Shown: one piece after another, positions 1 through 9,925 of the stretch
How the letters are laid out: every line of letters begins with the position of its first letter
Numbering within the stretch: the first letter of the stretch is position 1
Assembly (NCBI GenBank): GCA_965221695.1
Contig: OZ244905.1
Coordinates: forward strand, 1,952,001 to 2,016,000
DNA from: Gammaproteobacteria bacterium
Lineage (GTDB): Bacteria > Pseudomonadota > Gammaproteobacteria > Eutrophobiales > Eutrophobiaceae
Direction: 5' to 3'
Length of the DNA stretch: 64,000 nt
Made by a program: the position numbers and the translations under genes
Notes under the pieces: model-generated
Seen by the model: the letters and a program-made list of their open reading frames with translations, nothing else
Databases searched by the model: none
Told to the model about the DNA's origin: nothing

Positions 1-2
1 TG

Positions 3-848
3 TGCGCGATGGCGGCGGCCGGCAATGCGTATGCATCCGGGGCGTCGTTGAAGCAGTCGTTAAAAGCGGGGGTGTTTGCGTATGTGTCGGCGCAGGCGTT
101 TGCGGCGGTGGGCGACTATTTTACCGGCATTGAGGCGGTGGGCGGCGTGGGGCACTGGGGCGCGCATGCGCTAACGGGCGGGATATTGGCGGAGTTGCAG
201 GGCGGGGAGTTCGGGCACGGGTTCTTAGCCGCTGGGGTGGCCTTTGGGGTCGGACGCTTGGGCGAGAGCCAGAGCTGGTCGGTGGAGACGCAGTTGGCGG
301 CCAGGGCGGTGAGCGCCGGGACGGTGAGCGAGGTGACCGGCGGCAAGTTTGCCAACGGGGCAATGACCGCGGCGTTTGCGTATATTTTTAATGAGTTGGC
401 GCATTCCTATGAATACCAAACAAAAATATGCAACCGCTCTGAGTCTGCTTGCACAGAGGAGATTGTTTGGCCCTCTGTCAAGAGACAATCTGTGCCATTT
501 CAGAAGGGTATGTTAAAGGACGGCGATGTTACTAAAATACCGGGGGTTGGTTCAGTCCGGACGCTAGTGGATGATGCCAATTACAGGCTTACTAATCGAA
601 CAGAAGACGATCATCTGTTCAAAGGGACTGTCACCCGCTCTCTAGTGGTGACAGATGATGCCATATACGTCAGGACAGTGGGTGTGGGCGCTAACACCAG
701 TTGGGGTATACGAGCGCTGAATTACGGCGCATCAAGTTACTTTCCGGCTGTCGCAGACATGATTGTGAAGATGGATATTCATTTTCATCAACATGCGCAG
801 AATATTATGGACGGAAATTATTACATGTTCCATTTAGGGCAATATTAG
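3..848 (+). CDS. 3' part of an Rhs/YD-repeat polymorphic toxin (Gly/Ala-rich pre-toxin region plus variable toxin tip); 5'-truncated by the window edge
   Basis: Frame is open from the window start. HALTGGILAELQGGEFGHGFLAAG and GGKFANGA match the post-DPSG region of the Rhs at 1531-4273. GC drops after ~380 (variable tip). Confidence 0.8.
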   Translation, partial: CAMAAAGNAYASGASLKQSLKAGVFAYVSAQAFAAVGDYFTGIEAVGGVGHWGAHALTGGILAELQGGEFGHGFLAAGVAFGVGRLGESQSWSVETQLAARAVSAGTVSEVTGGKFANGAMTAAFAYIFNELAHSYEYQTKICNRSESACTEEIVWPSVKRQSVPFQKGMLKDGDVTKIPGVGSVRTLVDDANYRLTNRTEDDHLFKGTVTRSLVVTDDAIYVRTVGVGANTSWGIRALNYGASSYFPAVADMIVKMDIHFHQHAQNIMDGNYYMFHLGQY

Positions 849-850
849 CG

Positions 851-1336
851 ATGGTAAAACATATTCTCAGTCTTTTTCTTAGCAGTTTTGTACTAACCTC
901 GTGTTCTTCTGGATTGCTGGAGAGGGAAAATAAATTCATGTATTTACACTTGGGCGAATCCAGTTACGCTGAGTTGGTGGATTTTTTGTATGAGTTTGCC
1001 CGAAAGCATCGTTTAACGGTGTTGTGGTTTGGCGCCTACGAGGTAGAGAACCCGACGCATTGGTATGAATATGCGAAAGAAGCACTTGATGATCCTGAGT
1101 ATGGTGGGTTCAGGGGGTTTAAGATCAAGCTGGAGTTGTTGACTGAGGAAAACGGTTATTTATTTATTAACGACTATTTTGATGAGAAAATTGCTGCTAC
1201 AGTTATTGACTATGGCGATGAGAAAGCCGTTTGGCTTGAGATCGTTGACGAGTTTAAATACGCTTTAGTAGATCGCGGGTGGCGGTTGGAGGATATTTCA
1301 GATGCGAAAACAGAAAATAGAGTTGGATCGACCTAA
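851..1336 (+). CDS. Putative immunity lipoprotein for the first Rhs tip
   Basis: ATG 2 nt after the toxin stop; hydrophobic N-terminus ending in a lipobox (VLTS-C); low GC. Confidence 0.65.
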   Translation: MVKHILSLFLSSFVLTSCSSGLLERENKFMYLHLGESSYAELVDFLYEFARKHRLTVLWFGAYEVENPTHWYEYAKEALDDPEYGGFRGFKIKLELLTEENGYLFINDYFDEKIAATVIDYGDEKAVWLEIVDEFKYALVDRGWRLEDISDAKTENRVGST

Positions 1337-1403
1337 CTGTTTGCCCCCACCAGATATTCCATTACCACTCGGACCAAACAGCCTAACAAAGGCACGAGGT
1401 GGC

Positions 1404-1531
1404 GAAACAGGGTCGGGCCTACCTAACTATTTTTTCCATTGAGTTGATGTATCGTGGGGGTCTGTTCTGCTCCCTTAAATCCCACTTTTATTCCGTAAAA
1501 ACGAAATTCTAAGATTATTTTCCCTGTTTAA
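1404..1531 (+). repeat. ~130-bp junction repeat, full copy 1
   Basis: Aligns along its whole length with 9029-9158 and the reverse complement of 10715-10844. Ends AAACAGGG / CCCTGTTT are inverted complements. Confidence 0.9.
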
Positions 1532-4273
1532 CTGAGACGACCTACGACGGCTGGGGCTATCCGAGCGCGCTGACCACGTCCACCGTGGACCATACCAACA
1601 GCAAGCGTTTTCAGCAGGTACAACGGCTTTGACGAGCTGGTCGAGCGCGCCGACGCCGTGGGCAACCGCCAGACCCGCGCCTACGACGGGTTGGGTCGCC
1701 AGACAGTCCGCAAGGACTACGCGCCCGGGCCGACGAGCGCCGTTGCCGACGATGTGCTGGCGGGGACGACCACCTGGACCTATGACGCGCTGGCGGGGCA
1801 ACCGGCCTGCGCGACGGCGCTGGGGCAGTTGTGCCAGGTCGCGCACAGCGCGGCCCGCGCCGAGACCCGCGCCTATCACTACGACAGTCTCGGGCGCGTA
1901 ACCCAAACCACGCAGGACCGGGGCGCGGACGGGACTTATTACAGCAAACAGACCTACGATGAATACGGCCGGCCCTACCAGCGCTTTGACGCCGCCCGCG
2001 CGGGGTCGGCGACCCTGCGCTGGCAGGACAACGTGGTGGAGACGCGCTATAACGCCAACGGCTATGCGCACCGATGGGTGGACGGGATGTACGTGGGCGG
2101 CCAGCCACGCCGCACCTACCGGGAGATTGCCGGCATCGACGCCCGCGGCAACGTGACCCGGGAGAACCTCGGCGCCGGGGCGGTCAGCGTGCGCCGCGCC
2201 TATGACGCCAAGACCGGCCGGCTCGCCGGCATCACCGGCGAGGACCCCTTGGAGCGCACGCTGCAAGACCAGACCTATACCTGGGATATCGTGGGCAACC
2301 TGACCGAGCGCGCGCAGACCCTCGGCAAGACCACGTTAGAAGAGACCTTCGCCTATGACAGCCTTAACCGGCTGATCCAATCGAAGGTTGCCGGCGAGAC
2401 GGCGCGAAACGTGACCTACGACGGGCTGGGGAATATCACCGCCAAGACCGGGGAGGATGGCTTGTTGGAGCAGTATGTCTACGGCGACACGGACCGCCCG
2501 CACCGGCTCACCCAGGCCGGCAGCGCCCACTTTGTCTACGACGCCAACGGCAATGTCATCCAAGAGCACGAAACCGACCAGGCCGCCAACCCGACGCGCA
2601 GCTTCGCCTACACGCCGTTTAACAAGGCGGCGTCCATCAAGCAAGGCACGCACACCACCGAGTTCGAGTACGGCCCGGACCGCAGCCGCACGCGCAGGGT
2701 GGACACCGTGAACACCGGCGCCGGGACCAGCGTGACCACGACCCTGTATTTCGGGGGGGCCGAGAAGGTCATCGCCCCCGATGGCAGTTACACCTGGAAA
2801 CGCTATGTGGCCGACGGCTTTCTCATTGAGCAGACCTATAACAGCCATGACACCCTCACTAAGGAAGATACCCGCCACCTGCTCAAAGACCACCTCGGCA
2901 GCATTGCCCTTATCCTTGATGAGGCGGGCCTCGACAAGGACCTGCTGCCGCTGCAACGCTTAAGCTACGACGCCTGGGGCCAGCGCCGCGCCCCGGATGA
3001 CTGGACCCTCTTAGCCCGCCTGACCCTGAGCAGCCCCACCCATGGGGCGGTAACCCCGTATGGCTACACCGGCCATGAGATGCTCGACGCGGTGGGCATC
3101 ATCCACATGAACGGGCGCATCTACGACCCTAAGCTCGGCCGCTTCCTGCAGGCCGACCCGGTGATTCAGTTCCCGAACATGGCCCAGAACCACAACCGCT
3201 ACAGCTATGTGCTCAACAACCCGCTTGCCTATGTGGACCCGAGCGGGTATTTTATCGGGAAGTTGTTCAACAAGGTGTTCCGGGGACTGAACAAGCTGCT
3301 CGGGGACTTCGCCCCGTTCTTGAGCATTGCCTTGTTGGCCATCCCGGGGATGCAGCTTTGGGTGATGGAGTCCTGGATGCGGGCGTTTGCGTTCGGGTTT
3401 GTGACCGGCGGCATTGCCAGCGGCTCGTTCAAGGGGGCGTTATTCGGGGGTATCAGCGCCGCGGCGTTCTATGGGATAGGGCAGAAGTTTGTGAAGCCGA
3501 CGGGGTTCTTCAAGCAGGGCGGTCTTGGGCATGTGCTGGCGCACGGGGTAACCGGCGGCATTATGGCAGAGATACAGGGGGGTCAGTTCGGTCACGGGTT
3601 CCTGGCCGCTGGCTTGACCAAGGCGGTGATGGGCCGGTTTGACTATGCCGACCTCAGCGCCTCGGCGGTGACGGGGCGCGTGGCGATTGCCGCCATTGTC
3701 GGCGGCACCATCTCCCGCATCACCGGGGGCAAGTTTGCCAACGGGGCTTTGACTGCGGGCATGGCGCAGTTGTTGAACCGGGAGACGTCAGCGGCCCGGC
3801 AGCGGGAGGCCATACTCAAAGAAGCCGGGATTTTAGGGTTTACCAAAGATGGCGTGCCCATGTTTGATCCAGAGCATTCGGATTACCATCTCTATATGGT
3901 CACCAATTCCTGCTCAATGAGTTCGGCAGGTTGCAACTTGGCTAACGCAAAACAAGCGCATCTGAGATACCCCTCTCCCCGGAGGGGATCAAATGCGCCA
4001 GTTAAAGATGAAGGAGTCAGTTCCATTCCATTTCTCGGCAAGGTCCGTCATGAAGTATACGGAGGTGGGAGTGTGATTATTAACATCACGCTGGAAGGGC
4101 ACCTTCTGTATCCCGGTATTGTGGTGCGGTGGCTGGGTTCTGACGGGTCTAATGTCTACATCCATACGTATGGTATAGGCACTGGGCCTTGGAAGGGCCT
4201 AAATCAGAGTTTGTCTGAACGGTTATGGCGTGAGGTGGATAACGATATGTTTGAGTACATGGGGCAGCAATAA
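1531..4273 (+). pseudogene. Orphan Rhs module (partial YD core, PxxxxDPxG site, pre-toxin region, toxin tip); longest ORF is 1658-4273
   Basis: YD repeats; GYTGHE...MNGRIYDP..GRFLQADP core motif; NNPLAYVDPSG at ~3214-3247. Rhs-like coding (TETTYDGWG) begins at 1531 without a start codon and shifts frame at TTTT 1608-1611. Confidence 0.85.
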
Positions 4274-4286
4274 AGCTTGGTAAACC

Positions 4287-4574
4287 ATGAATACAGCACT
4301 AAGAGTCTCAACGGAAATCGTCTTTTATTCTGTTCTCGTTATCGTAATGATTTATGTACTTGACGATATTGCAGGCGTTATAACGCTGAATCGTGAGACC
4401 GGGCAGAAGATATCTCGAGTGTTTATGGCAGGTCCGCCGGTATCATTGATTTTATCTCAACTGTCTTTGTTCATTTTAAAAGACTGTCGTTATCTATGGT
4501 ATCTCATCATATCCACTTTAGAACTGGAACTATTAGCGGGATTTGTTTTCATGTTCCTCTTTGCTGTGGTTTAG
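4287..4574 (+). CDS. Putative membrane immunity protein (95 aa)
   Basis: Directly follows the Rhs tip; about three hydrophobic segments; paralogous to 4698-4970. Confidence 0.7.
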   Translation: MNTALRVSTEIVFYSVLVIVMIYVLDDIAGVITLNRETGQKISRVFMAGPPVSLILSQLSLFILKDCRYLWYLIISTLELELLAGFVFMFLFAVV

Positions 4575-4697
4575 ATTTTTTCTACGCATAGATATAAGCA
4601 ATGCTTGCAGAAGGTTAGGGATGTCACTGACATTCAATATTATCTGCGCAGGGTATCTGCAACCTTTGCGTGCTGCCAACCAACGAGGTGAGCACTG

Positions 4698-4970
4698 ATG
4701 CTGAAAACACTGCTGAAATTTTTAATGGATTTCATTTTTTATTCTATCTTAGTTATCGTAATTGTGTTTCTGGTCAGCAATGTTGCGGAACTAATCAAAT
4801 TCGAGTTGAAGACTCGTCAACTGCTATTTGCTATGGCAATGACCGGGCCTGCAATATCGCTCATTTTATCTGCAATCTGCTATTACGTTTGGCAGGACAT
4901 TCGTTATCAGTGGTACGTGATAATATCGAGCTTGGAGATGATAGGAGCAATATATTTATTTTTGATGTGA
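4698..4970 (+). CDS. Putative membrane immunity protein, paralog of 4287-4574 (90 aa)
   Basis: GAGG RBS upstream; shares FYS.LVIV, GP..SLILS and D.RY.WY.IIS.LE with the previous ORF. Confidence 0.7.
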   Translation: MLKTLLKFLMDFIFYSILVIVIVFLVSNVAELIKFELKTRQLLFAMAMTGPAISLILSAICYYVWQDIRYQWYVIISSLEMIGAIYLFLM

Positions 4971-5046
4971 CTCTATGTCCGGGCTTTCGACCATCACCCG
5001 CTGCCGGCGGGCGTATGCCCAAGATGGCACAGCGCGCTCGTTGGCC

Positions 5047-5105
5047 GAAACAGGGTCGGACCTGCCAAACTAAAACGAGGTTTTAAGATTCTTTTCCCTG
5101 TTTAA
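5047..5105 (+). repeat. Junction repeat, internally deleted 59-bp copy retaining both ends
   Basis: GAAACAGGGTCGGACCTGCCAAACT is fused directly to AAAACGAGGTTTTAAGATTCTTTTCCCTGTTTAA. Confidence 0.85.
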
Positions 5106-5307
5106 GAATATGAGCACGTAACTGTAAAAGGGTTATTTGTATCTAAAAAAAGTTCCTTTGGATTTTGAGTTTCCAAAAGACGATACCGAATTAAAATAGC
5201 CGTACTTGTCGCTGTCTGATTTGTTGTCTGTGATCTCGGCAGGGTATGTATTTATGCCTTTTCGGCATGCTCGTTTGTATTGTTAGAAATACAAACGGCA
5301 GTGTTAC

Positions 5308-5351
5308 TTGTAATTAGCCCGAATTAGGCAGTAAAATGCCCATAATGGGCA
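5308..5351 (+). promoter_or_regulatory. Putative promoter and autoregulatory operator of the MNT-HEPN operon
   Basis: TTGTAA-N18-TAAAAT; perfect inverted repeat TGCCCAT-A-ATGGGCA at 5337-5351 and a degenerate copy at 5316-5330. Confidence 0.45.
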
Positions 5352-6007
5352 ATATGACAAGTATGAAGTATTTTCAGGCGCCAGCGCACAATACCAATGA
5401 GCCGTTGGCGGCCGCGCATACCAGTCTGGCAGGCGCATTATTCACATCCACCCAACAGCGAGTTCTGGCTTTGCTCTTTGGCCAGCCTCAGCGTAGCTTT
5501 TATCTATCCGAGATGATCAAACGAACCGGTTCCGGTTCTGGCGCCGTGCAACGCGAACTCAAACGGTTGGTTGGTAGCGGTTTGGTCAGCGTCAAACGAA
5601 TCGGCAACCAGCAACATTACCAAGCCAATCCGACTGCTCCGATTTTCAATGAGTTGTGTAGCATGATGAACAAGACCGTGGCCTTAGTCGAGCCTTTGCG
5701 CGCCGCGCTGGCGCCCTTGGCAGAACACATAACCCTGGCGCTGCTGTATGGTTCTGTTGCAAAAGGCACGGACACAGCCAACAGCGACATTGATGTGCTC
5801 ATTGTCGCCCATGCGCTTACGTTGGAAAACATTTACAGGATCTTGGCCCCGGTAGAGCGTCAACTGGGTCGCAGGGTCAACCTGACATTATATTCCCCGG
5901 AAGAGTTTATCCAACGAAAGGAAACCAACAACGCCTTCCTCACCCGGGTGTTATCCGGCGAGTGCCTGGTATTAATAGACAATACACATGAGCCACCCAT
6001 TACTTGA
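5336..6007 (+). CDS. HTH plus minimal nucleotidyltransferase (MNT) antitoxin; start codon uncertain
   Basis: N-terminal winged HTH (GAVQRELKRL); GSVAKGTDTANSDIDVL nucleotidyltransferase motif; overlaps a HEPN-type gene. Confidence 0.85.
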   Translation: MPIMGNMTSMKYFQAPAHNTNEPLAAAHTSLAGALFTSTQQRVLALLFGQPQRSFYLSEMIKRTGSGSGAVQRELKRLVGSGLVSVKRIGNQQHYQANPTAPIFNELCSMMNKTVALVEPLRAALAPLAEHITLALLYGSVAKGTDTANSDIDVLIVAHALTLENIYRILAPVERQLGRRVNLTLYSPEEFIQRKETNNAFLTRVLSGECLVLIDNTHEPPIT

Positions 6008-6148
6008 TAATCTGGCGCGTATCGACAAACTGAAAACCGAGTTGCCTGCGTATTTCACTGAATCCTGCCACCCGTTTCACGTGAAGGCTGCCACCCGGAA
6101 CGCAGCAAAGCTGCCACCCCCCGGCGCGTGATGACGTGGGTATTGTCA

Positions 6149-6907
6149 TTATGACTCTGTTGGGGTCATGGCCGTCAATGTTTTTTTCTGTTTTCGCATG
6201 GATTCTCCCTTGAGGTTGATTTTATACGCATTGTGTACCAGGCGGTCGAGGATGGCATCGGCGAGTGTGGGGTCGCCGATCATGGCGTGCCATTTTTCGA
6301 CCGGCAGTTGACTGGTTGCCAGAGTGGAGTGTGCGCCGTGGCGGTCTTCGAGGATTTCGAGCAGGTCGCGGCGATGTTCGGTGGTCAACTTGACCAGTCC
6401 CCAGTCATCAAGGATGAGGAGTTGTGTTCTGGCCAGGGTGTGGATGAGTTTGGGGTAGCGCCCATCGCCTTTGGCAATAGTGAGGTCCTGGAGGAGTCGG
6501 GGCAGGCGCAGGTAGAGGGCGGTGTAGCCGGTCCGGCAGGCGCTGTGCGCCAGGGCGCAGGCGAGCCAGGTTTTCCCGACGCCGGTGGGGCCGGTGATGA
6601 GGATATTGAGGTGGTCACAGAGCCATTGGCAGGTGGCCAGGGATTGCATCAGGGCTTTATCCAGTCCGCGCGGGTGGAGGTAATCGATGTTCTCGATGGT
6701 GGCCTGGTGTTTGAGTCGGGCGCGTCGCAGTCGGCTGGCGGTGCGCCGGTTGTGGCGCTCGGTGAGTTCCCGGTCGACGAGCAGGCCGAGGCGTTCCTCG
6801 AAGGTCAGGGCGTCGATATCGGGCAGGGCCATTTGCTCGGTGAGGGCGGCCGCCATCCCGGTGCATTTCAGGGTGTGGAGTTTGTCCAGGGTTGGATGTG
6901 TCAGCAT
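6149..6907 (-). CDS. istB: IS21 helper ATPase IstB
   Basis: Walker A GPTGVGKT, Walker B LLILDDWG, ADAILDRLVH motif. Confidence 0.95.
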   Translation of the reverse strand: MLTHPTLDKLHTLKCTGMAAALTEQMALPDIDALTFEERLGLLVDRELTERHNRRTASRLRRARLKHQATIENIDYLHPRGLDKALMQSLATCQWLCDHLNILITGPTGVGKTWLACALAHSACRTGYTALYLRLPRLLQDLTIAKGDGRYPKLIHTLARTQLLILDDWGLVKLTTEHRRDLLEILEDRHGAHSTLATSQLPVEKWHAMIGDPTLADAILDRLVHNAYKINLKGESMRKQKKTLTAMTPTES

Positions 6908-6926
6908 AGCGCTCTCCTGTTGTGGG

Positions 6927-8468
6927 TTAGTGGTAATAGGTCGGACCACGGATATTGTCGTGCGCCGCGGGGAGCTCCATCTCGGTCTGCTCGGTCAGGG
7001 GTTGGTTGTCGAGGCCGTGGCGGAGGATGGATTCGATACTCTTGTAGCTGTGGCTGCCCAGGGTCAGAGCGCGTCGGCAGGCGGCGTTGAGCCGGTCATT
7101 GCCGTAGGTGTTACTCAGGCGCAGGATTCCCAGACAACTCCGGTAGGCTTGCTGGGGGTGTTTGCGGGCCGTCAGCCGCTGGCGGACCAGCCGTGCCGTG
7201 GCCGCACCGATACGGACGGCCCAACGTTCCAGGCGTTGCGGGGACCACTCGCCGGCCTGCCGGTGTGCCTCGGGCATATGGGCCGGGACGGTGGTATGGC
7301 GGCCTTTATGGTGTGTGCGCCGATGGCTGGCGATGCGCTGGTTGCGGTAGAAGCACTCAATGGTGTTGGCGGTGATGCGCACCTCCACCTGTTTTTTAAT
7401 AAACGCATGCGGCACTGAGTAGTAATGGCCGTGCACCTCGACGTGATAATCAATATGGACCCGGGCCTGCTTCCACTCGGCGTACTCATACGCATCGACC
7501 GGCAAGGGGCGCAGGGCCGGTTTATCCAGTTGCGCAAACAGGGCGCACCGACTGCCCGGCAGTTTCCTGAAGGGGCGCCGGTTGAGCCGCACCAGCAACT
7601 CGCCTATGGCCCGGTTCAACTCGGCCAGGGAGAAGCACTGACGGTGACGCAACGCAGCCAGGATCCAGCGCTCCACCACCTGCACCCCGACCTCGGCTTT
7701 CGCCTTATCCCGGGGCCGGCGCACCCGCGCCGGAATGATGGCCACCCCGTAATGCGTGGCCAGGTCCTGGTAGGTGGGGTTGATGTCCGGCTCATACCGA
7801 TGCGCCTTACTCACCCCGGCGCGCAAATTGTCCGGCACCACCACCTCCGGCACACCGTCCAAGTAGGTAAAACAGCGTACATGCGCGCCGATCCAGTCTG
7901 CCAGACCCTGGGTCCAGGTGGCCTCAGCATAGGTGTAGTTCGATGCGCCCAGCACCGCCACGAAGATGTTTGCCTCTCGCACTGCCCCGGTTACCCGGTC
8001 GATAACCTGGGCATGCATCCCGGCATAATCTACGAACAGCTTCTCACCGGCATGGTGGGTCTGGCGCATGACCAGGTCCAGCTTGCCGGCCCAGGCCCGG
8101 TACTGTTGGCAGAACCAGGTATACTGGTAGCCGTGCGGATGAGTCCGACGATATTCCTGCCACAGCAGCATCAACGTCACGCCCGGACGTTTCAGTTCCC
8201 GGTGCACAGCCGCCCAATCGGGCACCCCGCGCGCCCTAGCCGGCTGGACCGGCGGGGGCGGAAACAGCAGGCGATCCAGTGCCCTGTCATCCAACTCAAC
8301 CGGCAACGGCCAATGCAGCCCGGCCGCCTCAGCCCGGCGCAGGTATTCATTTACCGCCGGACGGGATATGCCACAACTCCTGGCCGTTTGGCGTTTGCTC
8401 AGGCCCTGGCCCCAGCACAAGCGTAATACGTCTTTTATCTTTCTCATGGACAACCTCTTTGCAGGCAT
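6927..8468 (-). CDS. istA: IS21 transposase IstA
   Basis: N-terminal HTH; DDE-type core ([22 protein letters not shown]). Confidence 0.95.
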   Translation of the reverse strand: MPAKRLSMRKIKDVLRLCWGQGLSKRQTARSCGISRPAVNEYLRRAEAAGLHWPLPVELDDRALDRLLFPPPPVQPARARGVPDWAAVHRELKRPGVTLMLLWQEYRRTHPHGYQYTWFCQQYRAWAGKLDLVMRQTHHAGEKLFVDYAGMHAQVIDRVTGAVREANIFVAVLGASNYTYAEATWTQGLADWIGAHVRCFTYLDGVPEVVVPDNLRAGVSKAHRYEPDINPTYQDLATHYGVAIIPARVRRPRDKAKAEVGVQVVERWILAALRHRQCFSLAELNRAIGELLVRLNRRPFRKLPGSRCALFAQLDKPALRPLPVDAYEYAEWKQARVHIDYHVEVHGHYYSVPHAFIKKQVEVRITANTIECFYRNQRIASHRRTHHKGRHTTVPAHMPEAHRQAGEWSPQRLERWAVRIGAATARLVRQRLTARKHPQQAYRSCLGILRLSNTYGNDRLNAACRRALTLGSHSYKSIESILRHGLDNQPLTEQTEMELPAAHDNIRGPTYYH

Positions 8469-9028
8469 CTGCGGTTCCTCCTTTCAATTGAAACAAGGAC
8501 ACAGGATACCTGTGGTTATCCACGTCAGACGCGCCGGCTATCTACCTCCTTGGGGGTGGCAGCTTTGCCGTGTAATGGGTGGCAGCTTTCGTGTGAAATG
8601 GGTGGCAGCTTTGCCGTGTAATCGGTGGCAGCTTTGCTGTGAAATACGCAAGTTGCCCTCAGAAACAGAGATTCAAGGGCTGTTGAGTTCCGGTTTGCGA
8701 CGGCTTCAGGATGCCATCAATGCAGAACTCAGTCTTGAAAGCCGTTTCGACCTTGCTTATAACGCGGCGCATGCGTTTGCGCTGGCAGCGCTGCGTTTTC
8801 ATGGCTATCGGTCTGAATCACGTTATCTGGTTTTTCAATGTTTGCAACATACAATTGCTTTACCCACCGAACAATGGCGCATTCTCGACCAGGCACACCG
8901 CAAGCGTAACTTGGCCGAATACGAAGGCGACATGGATGTAGATGAACAACTTGTTGCTGCTCTTCAACGAGTAGCATAGGAAGTGGAAAGCAGGGTCACC
9001 AAACTGATATCGCCATGATAGCGTCGGC

Positions 9029-9158
9029 GAAACAGGGTCGGACCTGCCTAATTATTTGTTTCCATTGATCTGATTTGTTGTAGGTGTCTGCTCTGCTCTC
9101 TTAAACCCCACTTTTTTGCCGTCAAAAACAAAGTTCTAAGACTCTTTTCCCGGTTTAA
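9029..9158 (+). repeat. ~130-bp junction repeat, full copy 2
   Basis: Colinear with 1404-1531; begins 10 nt after the HEPN frame ends. Confidence 0.9.
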
Positions 9159-9215
9159 CCGAGACGGTCTATGACGGCTGGGGCAATCCGAGCGCGCTGA
9201 CCACGACCACGGCGG
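9158..9215 (+). pseudogene. Rhs core stub (TETVYDGWGNPSALTT) matching the start of the orphan Rhs at 1531
   Basis: About 50 nt nearly identical to 1531-1580, then similarity stops. Confidence 0.75.
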
Positions 9216-9396
9216 GCGCTGCTATGCGACCCGCAAGGCGGATGGGAGTTGGTGTTTCTGATTTTATGGAGATGAGAACCGGGTGACAACGAATGCTTAG
9301 GACTTCATCTGTAGTAAGTCTGTCGCTTAACTTCTGGAAGTCACAACTTGATCTGACACTTCACTTGCAAATGTGAGGCTTGTCGGTGCCGGTGCG

Positions 9397-9696
9397 TTAA
9401 TTTTTCACCGGTGGCCATTGCCGCGCTGCATGCAACACACGCAAGACTTGGGTTTGCTGTAAGTCTTCTACCCACCGATAAATTACAATAAAAGGAAGGT
9501 CGCTAACCACAAGCTCACGAGTTCCTTTTACTCGTCCTGAGCGTCCTGCCATAGGATGGCTGGGCAGCATCATTTCAACAGTATCAATTACCTTCAATAC
9601 TACGGTAGTAGCAACATCCTGGCTGCTTTCTCTGGCTATGTAGGCTTCAATATTGTCTAGATCAGCAATTGCCGGTTCAGTCCACTTGAGCTGCAT
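9397..9696 (-). CDS. Type II toxin, RelE/ParE family
   Basis: WTEPAIADLDNI...GRSGRVKGTRELVV..LPFIVIYR...LRVLHAARQWP pattern. Confidence 0.9.
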   Translation of the reverse strand: MQLKWTEPAIADLDNIEAYIARESSQDVATTVVLKVIDTVEMMLPSHPMAGRSGRVKGTRELVVSDLPFIVIYRWVEDLQQTQVLRVLHAARQWPPVKN

Positions 9697-9925
9697 GCTT
9701 GGCCTTCCATATGGCTTTTATTTCAAGGTGGTCAACCAATTTACCATCAATGGCTGCCTGGATACCCTCTTCTACCTCTCGGACCAACCATTCTTCATGC
9801 TCCACATACTGCTTGATAGCATGCGCCATTAACCAGTCGCGGGATATTCCTTTCGCCTCAGCTATTTGCCTTGCTCGAATCAAGATATCCTCATCCAGTC
9901 TTACGAATATTGCTTTTAACGACAT
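9677..9925 (-). CDS. CopG/RHH-type antitoxin
   Basis: VRLD...SRDWL...AIKQYVEHEEW...EEGIQAA..G pattern; GGAGA RBS; overlaps the toxin start. Confidence 0.85.
   Translation of the reverse strand: MSLKAIFVRLDEDILIRARQIAEAKGISRDWLMAHAIKQYVEHEEWLVREVEEGIQAAIDGKLVDHLEIKAIWKAKHAAQVD

Larger units (their letters stand above)
6047..8650 (-). mobile_element. IS21-family insertion sequence, 2604 bp, apparently intact
   Basis: Termini TGCGTATTTCAC / GTGAAATACGCA; 7-bp duplication AGTTGCC at 6040-6046 and 8651-8657; subterminal GGTGGCAGC repeats; istA-istB pair. Confidence 0.97.
5988..9018 (+). pseudogene. HEPN-like toxin split by IS21 (parts 5988-6046 and 8658-9018)
   Basis: Removing the IS and one copy of the target duplication restores MSHPLLDNLARIDKLKTELPSETEIQGLL...HRKRNLAEYEG. 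TAG at 8977-8979 precedes a further in-frame TGA at 9016-9018. Confidence 0.85.

Noticed and set aside
5322-5331. AATTAGGCAG as another inverted junction-repeat copy
   Set aside because: Only 10 nt match, and it is better explained as part of the MNT promoter/operator.
8553-8640. Four GGTGGCAGCTTT units at 23-bp spacing as a CRISPR or iteron array
   Set aside because: They are the subterminal transposase-binding repeats of the IS21 end, mirrored at 6065-6120.
8368-8979. 203-aa ORF as a real gene
   Set aside because: Chimera of antisense IS21 end sequence and the 3' part of the interrupted HEPN gene.
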